Assembly (NCBI GenBank): GCA_047495785.1
Contig: JBLDXI010000033.1
Span: 992,001-1,056,000 of the forward strand
DNA from: Lepidodermella squamata
Lineage: Eukaryota; Animalia; Gastrotricha
Direction: 5' to 3'
Length of the DNA stretch: 64,000 nucleotides
Positions 27,656-37,862 of this stretch are shown here, piece by piece (the stretch's first letter is position 1; the number at the start of each line of letters is the position of its first letter). Both the position numbers and the translations under genes were made by a program. The notes under the pieces are model-generated. The model ran no database searches. It was not told the DNA's origin and worked only from the letters and a program-made list of their open reading frames with translations.

Positions 27656-29351
27656 ATGAGTCACATCCAGTACCACTTGATTTTAATTGTTGTCCTTCTT
27701 ACGGTTCCATTAAGCGGCGCTGTCGATTATTCTACAAAATTACTCAAAGATTTGTTTGATGAAAATGGCACTGATCCAGATAGACCGCCCTATAGCCGAG
27801 ACGTCATACCGCCTAATAACGCCTGCCCGGCTAATGCGACAAAATGCCCTCCATTCATGATTCAAAGCCGCATATTTCTCGTCAGGATACACGAAATGGT
27901 TGACAGCCAACAAACACTGATAACAACCGTTAGGCTACAACTGGTACACAGCTCCCAATTTTTACTTTAATTTAGTAGGAAAATGAATTGGTAAAATTTA
28001 GGGCTGGAATGATACTCGCCTATCGTGGGATCCGAAGAAATACGGCGGCCTCAAGTCGATAATAGTTCCAGGCGGCTATGTCTGGACGCCAGATTTTCAG
28101 CTGGTCAACAGCGTAGAAGACATGTATTCGCTGGCCGGTAGTGAGAATTTCAACTATCGACTGTCATCAAGTGGCGAAATTTGGTATCACCCTACGGCAA
28201 AAATATCTACAAGATGCCAACTCGACCTCACTTACTATCCTTACGATTATCAGTAAATTAATTTCCAATATGATTTCGATTCTTCCGAATTGATGGATTT
28301 ATTTATTTTCTTGACAAATTCAGAAAAAAGACATTTTTTAATTCAATTTTCAAATTTCAAAAGTAGACTTTTTAATTTTGAAATTTAAATATAATTTTTT
28401 CAAATTTTCAGAATAATTACTGAGGACATTATTTAATTCAAAATTTTATAATTTAAATTTTAAATTTTCCAATGGTTTATTTCTATTCAAATGAACAAAT
28501 GAACAAATGAACAAACAAACATTTATTTCTATTCGATTTTTGGAATTATTTCTATAATTTGTCTGCCCTCTAAATTTTTTCTTCTATATAGACGCTGTGC
28601 TTACGTCATTGAATCTGTAATTTACAACATCGACGAATTGAAGTTCGCCCTTCGAGCCGGCAAAACTTCAAAGGATGCAATCACCCTGACGATGTACGAC
28701 CCAAATGAGCAGTGGCTCCTCGTCAACACCACCGGTTTCCCCGTGATTTACCGAACCAGCAATAGCACAGCCTTCAGTCGGATGCACTTCTGGGTCCTAC
28801 TCAAGAGACAACCCAACTACGTCCAAATGACGTTTCTCCTACCGATTGGGCTGCTATCAGTGCTTCAATTAATGACCCTGGTTTTACCGGTCCATTTTCC
28901 CGATCGAACTCCACAAGCTACTGTGGTTTTGCTCGCAATCGCCGTTTATCAAGGAACAGTGACTGCAAGCCTGCCGCAAACTAATCAGCAGAGTAGAGTG
29001 GCAACGTACTTAACCGTAGTTATGGGCATGTCCATCGTTGTCGTCGCAATTTCAATCTTCACTCTGGGCATGGTCGACCCCGACCTCACCTATTCCCTTA
29101 TCTGTTTTCGAAAAAAGCAACACGACCTGAAGAAAGGTGCAAAGCCGAAAGAGATGGATACATTTAGAGGGGTCCATTTTGCAGCGGCTGCTATTAATTG
29201 GAGTGGCTTCTTTCTTTGCTTAGTATTGATCGTCGTTTACCCGTGTATGAATTTCCTGACAATAACGGACTTGGAGGCACCGCCGTTGCCATCGCCGCCG
29301 ATAGACTCAACAACTTGGCACTACTATCCATATCCTGATCTCGTCGAATGA
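27656..29351 (+). CDS. Divergent Cys-loop pLGIC subunit #11 (second subclade)
   Basis: Signal peptide, VWTPDFQLVNS, Cys-loop CQLDLTYYPYDYQ|RC, M2 region FPDRTPQATVVLLAIAVYQG, tail WHYYPYPDLVE; only 2 introns. Confidence 0.92.
28488..28521. repeat. Short tandem repeat (caaatgaa)n in an intron of pLGIC #11
   Basis: caaatgaacaaatgaacaaatgaacaaacaaac seen directly. Confidence 0.7.
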
Positions 29352-29883
29352 TTTTACTACGAACCAGCCGAATAACTTCAATGGGAGTTCAAATTTGGGA
29401 TAAAAATCACTTAATCGTGAGAAAATTTCCGTTTTTGACTGAGGATTGTAATAAATGGAAGTGAAATATATTATTTATTGCTATTGAGAATTGAGCTTAG
29501 TTCAAGGTTCAGTAAAGCAGGGAACCCTTGGAATTTTTTGCTTCAGCCAAACGATGTCCGTTGCATAAAATTCGACGTCTTAGCAGCTTTCGAAAGGAAC
29601 ATTTTTAGATGCATTTTGGCAAAGCTCGTGTTTTTTGTAAAATTTTTACAACCGCCTTGGAGTCGAAAATCTAGATTGCCCGTAATAAATCCCGAAGGTG
29701 CACTATTAAAGAAAAAAACATCCCGAATGTTGAGGAAATAAATCATGCAATGTCGCGTTTCCCTTGGAGAATCACGTGCTCCTCGAATCGGAAATTCAGA
29801 ATTTACATTCCACTTTCAATCCCGTATTGAGCGACTCCGCTGTTTGGGAAAACTCAATGCTGGGATTTTTCTTTCATTCTTTT

Positions 29884-31748
29884 ATGACGATCGTGCGTCC
29901 TTTCACTTTGATCACCCTACTCTGGTTAGTAAGTGTAAGGTGCGACAGAGCTGCCGAATTTTCAAGAAAACTTCTCAACGACCTATTCGACCAAAGCGAC
30001 CGTGGCCCCGATAAGCCGCCTTACAGGAAAGACGTTATACCTCCAAATAATGCATGCCCAAGTAACGCAACAATTTGTCCCCCTTTCATCATCCAAAGCC
30101 GAATATTTCTCGTGAGGATCCACGAAATGGTCGACAATCATCAGACCATAATTTCGACAGTCAGATTACAGCTTGTGAGATCGAAATTATATTAATAATA
30201 TCAGTTTTATTCTGTGCTTTCAGGGCTGGAACGATACTCGGTTGTCATGGGATCCAAAAAAGTACGGAGGTCTCAAGTCGATTATTGTTCCAGGCGGCTA
30301 CGCCTGGATACCGGATTTTCAGTTGGTTAACAGCGTCGAAGACATGTATTCACTTGCCGGTAGTGCCAACTTCAACTACCGATTGTCGTCGAACGGCGAA
30401 ATTTGGTGGCACCCAACGGCTAAAATTGAAACTCGGTGCCAACTCGACTTGACCTTTTACCCGTTTGATTACCAGTAAGTCTAATACTAAAACCCTACTG
30501 TATACCGAAACATTTTGCCAAAATTCGAAATATTTCCAAATAGATAACATTTGAAGAGAAATAATGAGCAGAGAAATTCTAAAATTCAGCTGAAATTTAG
30601 AGCAATTGATAAAGAAATCCTTTGATGCATAATCTTTTTCTTAAATTTTTCCTAAATTTTTTATAAAATTTCCGAAATTTTAAATACTTCCAACTATGGA
30701 AAGCTGTTTAGTCTTCGGAGCTAGACCGTGGGAAAATCTCTTAAAATTAATTTTTCATAAAATTGTTGGCTGCTGAACTTTCAAAGGGAGTCATTTTTCA
30801 AGTTTCCAGATTTATTTATTTTTTTGATAGCGCGGGAAAATGCTAGAAAATTTCAAAGAAATGCTTGAAACTTGTGCAATTTTCCAACTCGATTTTGTGC
30901 GGAATGCCGTTCTCATTTTTCGCAGCCATTCGCAAATTTAATTAAAAGGTCAATAAAAAATTTGTCTTTAAAAAAAATCGAACTGTTTCAGACGCTGTGC
31001 ATTTGTCATCGAGTCTGTTATTTACAACATCGACGAGCTAAGGTTCAGTCGAAGAGACGGAAAATCAGCAAAAGATGCTGTCACTCTAACAATGTACGAC
31101 CCAAATGAGCAATGGCTGCTGATCAACGCCACAGGATATCCCGTGATTTACCGAACCAGCAACAGCACCGCCTTCAGCCGTATGCATTTCTGGATTTTAC
31201 TCAAGAGACAACCAAATTATGTTCAAATGACGTTTCTATTACCGATTGGATTGCTGTCAGTGCTCCAGATAATGACCCTGGTTTTACCAGTTCATTTTCC
31301 TGATCGAACTTCGCAAGCTACTGTTGTATTACTCGCAATCGCTGTGTATCAAGGTACGGTTACAGCAAGTTTACCTGAAACCAGCCAACAAAGCAGAGTT
31401 GCCGTCTATCTAACGGTCATCATGGGCATGTCCATACTGGTCGTCGCAGTCACCGTAGTCACCCTTGGCATGGTAGACCCTGATCTCGCCTATTCATTAT
31501 TTTGCAGCAAGAAGAAACGAAAAGACCTAAAAAGAGGCGCTGAATTCATCGAGTTGGAATCAAATGGCAGACTTCACTTAATGGCGGCAGCTATTAATTA
31601 CACCGCCTTTGTTCTATGTTTGATCCTAATTGTTGTCTATCCATGTGTTAATTTTCTGACAATTATGGAACTGGAAGCGCCGCCTCTACCTTCACCGCCA
31701 GAATACCCAACAACTTGGCGCTACTATCCCCATCCTGATTTGATTTAA
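29884..31748 (+). CDS. Divergent Cys-loop pLGIC subunit #12 (second subclade)
   Basis: Probable start MTIVRPFTLITLLWL; AWIPDFQLVNS, Cys-loop CQLDLTFYPFDYQ|RC, M2 region FPDRTSQATVVLLAIAVYQG, tail WRYYPHPDLI; 2 introns. Confidence 0.92.
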
Positions 31749-31875
31749 TTAAAAGAAATAGAAAATAAAGGCTGATTTTTTGAATGAGTTTTTTTTATTT
31801 TCCCGCACGCGCCAATTTTTTTGCGTAAAAGTTGCTTATGCATCATTATTATGATTTGAATCTCTCGCGAAAAAA

Positions 31876-34028
31876 ATGAATTATTATCCAATTTTAATTG
31901 TTTTTCTCTTATTATTTTCAACGGTCAGCCTGTGCTTGGCACAGAGCAAGATAGAAAATGAAACTCCGTCAGCGAACCGAGAAATCGCCGATGACGGGGA
32001 TGTTGAATCTTTGCATTGGTACCATCGCAATTTGTCGATGTTGCTGGAAGATCTAATCGGGCCGAACAGCGGTTATAACAAAACTATTCTCCCAGCTGCC
32101 AAGTGCAAACCAGGCCAGGCAGTGCCTTGTCCGTTTGTCATCGAAACCCGACTTTTCCTGATTCGAATTCAGGAAATTCTCGAAAATGAAGAAGCTGCGC
32201 TGACTACAGCTAGATTTCAACTGGTATGAATTTTTTTTCAAATTTTTTCATATTTGTTGACGAATTTGGCAACACCAGGGCTGGATCGACCCTGCTTTGA
32301 AGTGGGACCCAGCAAAATACGGCAATATTTCAAAATTGACGATACCGGCCGAGGCCATTTTTACCCCGGAATTGCAAATGGCTAACAGTTTAGAGGACCG
32401 ATTTACGCTACAAACCGATGAAAAAAAATTCGGTTTTCGAGTCACGTCAGACGGCCAGGTCTGGTACCACCCGACCGGCATGTTCAAAACTCGATGCCAT
32501 CTCGATCTCGAGTATTATCCTTTCGATTATCAGTACGTTCAAGCTCGAGTTTTGATGGCGCCTTGATTCTATTGTCCATTTTGACCTAGGCGATGTGCTC
32601 TGATTTTGGAATCGCTGATTCATACCGATGGGGAGTTGCAGTTGGTCATGCGGTCAGGTAAAACAGATCGAGTTTCTCTCGGGATGTATGCTGAAAATCA
32701 CATGTGGACATTGATAGGTTTGTCAACATTTATTTGGTAATTTTTCGGGATTTATTTGTGTTTTTTCAAGCTGCGGATGGATACCCGGTCATCTACAAAA
32801 CAGGGAAAAATACGGGCTTCAGCAGAATTCACTATTGGTTCATCGTCAAGCGCAAACCTGGTAGGATTTCCAATTTAAAATTTTATTAATATTTTATTAT
32901 CAATTTTAGTAATTAATTAATTATTTATATTTATTTATTTATCAATAAGCTCATTTTATCCAATTAATACAGGGATTCCCCAGAGAGCTGGAAATTCCAG
33001 CGATTTAACCAAAGAAATAAAAAATTTACCGGAGAAATTGCGGGAAACCCCGATGGTAACTGGGTCGGTAATTGTCGGTAAATTCCCCGGATTTCCAGAT
33101 TTCTCCGAACTTTCAATCCCATTAACACACCTGGTTACCATTCTCGTGATTTTTGTTTTACTTCGTCTCACATTTTGAGGTTCTGAACCCTTTTCCGTGT
33201 ATTTTCTTTGCTTGCGTTACTTATGGGACACGCCGAAGCTGATAGTTTTAGCTCAAATCATAAAAATTAGAAACCACCTCAAAATTTCATCGAATGACAA
33301 ATTTTTCTTTTTCAGGAAATTTTCCAAAATATTTGTAAATCCTTAATTAGTAATTTATTCATAAAAGCTTTGACCTTTTTATCGTGATGTTGTTTCTATT
33401 TTAAGATCATTTCGAGCGGACAATTTTGACGCCTCTCATCCTAATTTCAATTCTTCAAATTTTGACCTATCTCACGCCGATGAAGTACGTCGACCGCGTA
33501 CCCCAGGCCACGGTTGTTTTGCTGACAGCCTTCTTCCTGCAAGGCCTAATCTCCGAGCAACTACCAGAGGCCGCGTCCGGATCCTGCGTTCACACCTACG
33601 TCAACCTGGTCATCTCCCTGTCAGTGTTAACCGTTTCAATCTGCACGGTCACCGTCATGCTGGTCGACCCAGATGAGGGTCTGCAATTATGGGGCCTATA
33701 CCGGTTATTTAGAGTCTGTGCCATGCGTAAAACACGCCGCGTGAAGGTCGATCAAAACGGAACTGAAAGTAGTCAGGTAGACTCAACTAGGAAAAAGCAT
33801 GGTTCGCTGGACTTGCTGCGAGATTTAGCTCGAAAAGATGCTAAACCCAACATTTGGGGAGTTGTAGCCGCTTTGCTCAACTGGATTGGATTTCTGACTT
33901 GCGCTGTCATTTCGATTTGTTACCCACTCACTGCATTTGTCTTTTCGGTCGCTAATGAGCCGCCTGGAATCCCTGAACCACCCGTCGACAACATTACTCG
34001 ATCTTACTACGCTGAAACTTATCACTGA
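31876..34028 (+). CDS. Divergent Cys-loop pLGIC subunit #13
   Basis: Signal peptide, IFTPELQMANS (the WxPD motif has become FxPE), Cys-loop CHLDLEYYPFDYQ|RC, M1-M4, tail NITRSYYAETYH; 4 introns, the last enlarged by a MITE. Confidence 0.9.
32967..33235 (-). mobile_element. Degenerate copy of Tc1/mariner-type MITE family in an intron of pLGIC #13
   Basis: Reverse complement matches the internal blocks taccga.aattaccga.c.agttacca and gtcccataagtaa.gcaagcaaagaaaat of the copies at 43433-43799 and 57860-58164. Confidence 0.6.
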
Positions 34029-34281
34029 AAAATGTGAGATTGATGAGTATTATTTCGATCAAATTTGAACAGATATTAATAAAATCCTGCCGGGTAAATG
34101 AATAAATTGAGTTCACACTATTTCGTATGGATGAAGGAAACAAAACTGTCAAAGGATAGGAGCAAATCCTTCTTAAATCCGCTTAAAATCGCAAAACACT
34201 CGAGTTATGAAAATGTGCGAGTGAATAAAATTGTTTTGCCACACTATCTCGTTTTGTCATCAATTTACAAACAAAATAAAC

Positions 34282-35637
34282 ATGGTGGCAAAAATATGCA
34301 TACTTGCCTTGCTAATTACAGGTATTCCTAACTGAGGTTTAAATGAGATTTTTCAGCTGAATTTTTTTCAGAAATATCAGCCTGTTTTAAAGGTAAGGAG
34401 TACGTTACCTGGGTGAAAGTAACCGATGCTCCAACGACTCCTCCGCCACCCCCACCGCCTCCCGCCCAGCCAGTCAAAACCATCGATAACGGCGACAATT
34501 ACTCGGATGAAGAAGATTACGACTATCCGGAAACGAAAACAACGACGAAAACTACGACTGTGAAAAAGCGGCCTGTGACTACGACGAAACGAACTTTCCG
34601 AACAGTTAGACCTGGGGGTTTGGATTATTTTGAGGATGTGATACATACTACAACCAGGCCTGCAAGAACACGACCGGCAACGAAACTTTCTACAACAACG
34701 ACAGAACTAACGACGACTACGACAAGCCGTTTCGACCCAGCTGATTCAGAATTGCAAACTTGCGGGCTTATTCCTAACTTCAACAACCAACTCGACTGTT
34801 TAACTGGTCCGGTTAACCCTGGCGAGTTGCCGTGGCAGGTCCGCATCGAAATTCAAGAGAAAAACAGCGGCAGCTTGCGATTTTGCGGCGGAGCTTTAGT
34901 CGGAAATACCGAAACAGTCGTAACGTTAGCCAGTTGTTTGGTTAATGTGAAAAATATGCACGAGGTAACGGTGGTTCTGGGTGATGTGAAGCGCAACAAA
35001 GCGGAACCAGGCGAGCGATTTAGGGAGGCGAAGAAAATTATTTGGCACGAATTTTTCCGACGGGGTTCAAAACAATTCGACCTTGCAATAATTAAAATCG
35101 ACGGTCGGAAATTATTTTAAATTTTTTAAATTTTCAAATTTGTTTGCAGATGTTCCAACAGATTTATTCGCCTTTCCCGCCTGTCTCCCATCTAACGAAA
35201 ATTGCGTGTCTTCAATTCGAGATGATTCCTTCAAAAATGCGTCATGCTACGTCTCAGGCTGGAAATCTTCGTTCGATCTTCCGATAACCACCAGTTCAAG
35301 CCAAAGCCTAACGAAGGCGTATATGAGGCCGATTTCCGATCAGGTCAAATGCGCGCAAACTGTTGCTAAAAAAAATTCAGAACCGCTAATGAACTACGAC
35401 TACAATGCCACTCAAATTGTTTGTGCTGAAATGGGTGATAGTAACTCGTGCGAAAAGGATGCAAATTGCTGTCTGGGTGATACAGGCGCCCCGCTGGTTT
35501 GTCGAGCAAATGATGGAAAATTTGTTATCGAAGGTCTTCTGGCATTTCACGGCAGCGATTGTGATGGAAAATCAGGAGGCGTGGACGCTTTTCTAGATAT
35601 TTCAAGCCACCTCTCATGGATTAGCCGAGCCTTATAA
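34282..35637 (+). CDS. Secreted trypsin-like serine protease homologue 1 (catalytically inactive) with Pro/Thr-rich N-terminus
   Basis: Signal exon 34282-34321 (MVAKICILALLIT), then GELPWQV, FCGGAL, VVTLASC (catalytic His to Ser), FDLAII, CLGDTGAPLVC (catalytic Ser to Thr), WI; 2 introns. Confidence 0.85.
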
Positions 35638-36231
35638 ATTAACAAAATTTTAATTAAATTATTTGAATGCCAATATTATTGGAATAAAACTAGTTATTCA
35701 CTTCATGGTGTACTTTTTCAACATTTTTAAAGCAAGTTTTTTGTTGGTAGTAGTCAACGAATCCAAGGTCGTGTTAACTGCGGGTGGTAACCTGGACTAA
35801 TGATGGCTAATGAGATAACATGAATTCGCACGTGTTTTACATTGCCAAGATGCGTGGATAAGCTGTTTTTTTTACACAGGTAATTTCACAATTTTACACC
35901 TTGATGTTATCTCGGTATTAACATCTTCGTGTCACCCGTGTAATAATGATGTTGGAGGTGTTATTTGTTTATTGACAATTTCACCAAAATGGGCATTCAA
36001 CCAAGTTCATTGTTTAAATTTCTTGCTTCGCTTCCTTTTAATTAACGAGAGAACAACACTGACTTCAAATTACATGAATAATTAAGTGGGTAAAAACTAT
36101 AGAAAATGGATATTTTTCTGAATCGGATTCGGTTTTCTGAATCACACCTAAAAAATCATGGAATAATTTGTTGAATGTTAACTTCAATTTCTATAAAAAT
36201 TCTGACTATTTCTTTTGAAATTTTAGGTGAA

Positions 36232-37687
36232 ATGTTAAAATTCAGCGCAGAATCCCCTCGAAAACGGGCTGTTTCTTTTGTCCTATTTCTGGTTTTAATA
36301 CCAAAAGGTAAATAATTCACATTTTATTTTTGAAATCTTTTAACGCATTATTGACACTTATTATTAGCTACGGAATCCTGTTTCGCTCAGAAAACTACAA
36401 TTTTTTACGGCGATGTCGCGACTACAACAACGACAACAAGTGTCGCGCCACCCCTTCGAAATCTGGTCGCCCCAGCAACAGCTCGACCTCGAGGAGATGA
36501 ATGCAACTCGGCCGAGGATGACGATTGCGTGAATGGTTATTTTGTCGGCCCTGGAAAAACGAAAACATCCACAAAAAAGTCCGCAGGCGGCAGGACAACG
36601 AAAAAATTCCGAATTAATCCGGATGACTACCCGGATGAGGAAACTACTACAACAACGACAGCAAGAACCAGGCGTCGGCCAGTTATCATCGAGCCTATCG
36701 AGACATTTCTGTCAACATCTGAGCCTCAAACTCCGCCTCCTCCATCCCCTCCACCAGGACCTTTGCCAGCAACTTGCGGACGTATCCCCCTTTTTCAAAA
36801 CAAACTCGACGGCGTGACGGATATGGTGAATCCGGGTGAAATTCCTTGGCAGGCCAGGCTGTCAATTGAAACTAGATCTGGAGAGCGGAAAATTTGCGGC
36901 GGGGCCCTGGTCGAGAATGGCGCGACTGTAGTCACCCTAGCCAACTGCGTGTCTGACGTTGACGGGCCCGAAAAAGTTCGAGTTTTCTTAGGCGATGTTA
37001 AGCAAAAACAACCAGACCCTGGCGAGACGTTGCGCAATGTTAATCAAATTATTCTTCATGAAAAATATGTTTTCGGATCTAAGCAGTACAATGTGGCTGT
37101 CTTGAAATTCGATGGTAATATTATTAATATTTTTTATTATCATTTTTATTAATTAATTAGTGATTAATTATTAATTATTAATTTTATTAATTTAAAAAAG
37201 TTTTATTTCGAAAATATTTACAGAGGTATCTTCTTCGGATACGATTTTCCCAGCATGTTTACCTGTGAATGACCGCTGTCCCGGTTCAACTCAGGAAAGT
37301 TCCTCCAACAATATTTGCTACGTCTCAGGTTGGAAATCGGCCTACGACAAGCCGATAGATGCTGCTAGCGTGAATTTGTTCAAAGCCGCAATGAAGCCAC
37401 TGACAGGGTTTCCTCGATGCGGACGGGCAGTTGGCCAGAAAAATCTCGACCCGTCCGGGAAGTTCGATTTCAACATAACGCAAATGAGTTGCGCCGAGAT
37501 GAACGAGCGGTGGGCGGCTAATAATTGTTGCCACGGCGACTCTGGGGCGCCACTCGTCTGTCAGAATGCTAACAATCGAGTGATTGTAGAAGGACTGCTG
37601 GAGTATCACAGCAGTTGCGAGGAGGGAAATATCGACGTCTACGTCAATTTGTGCCAACATCTTGCCTGGATTCGGTCTGTAATCTGA
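36232..37687 (+). CDS. Trypsin-like serine protease homologue 2 (catalytically inactive) with Pro/Thr-rich N-terminus
   Basis: GEIPWQA, ICGGAL, VVTLANC (His to Asn), YNVAVL (Asp to Asn), CHGDSGAPLVC, WIRSV; same 2-intron layout as homologue 1. Start codon less certain. Confidence 0.83.
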
Positions 37688-37862
37688 GAATATTGGATGA
37701 ATGTTAACTCAAACCCGGCGCAAAAAAGTTGTAAAGCTATAATTGCAATCTTTTATTTGACAAAATAAATCAGCTCTGTTTCAAAGTTTATCACTCAGAA
37801 ATTTCATCACTGTAATTTCAAAAAATGAATGTCAGTTTTTCATATCGTATCGACTGGATAAT

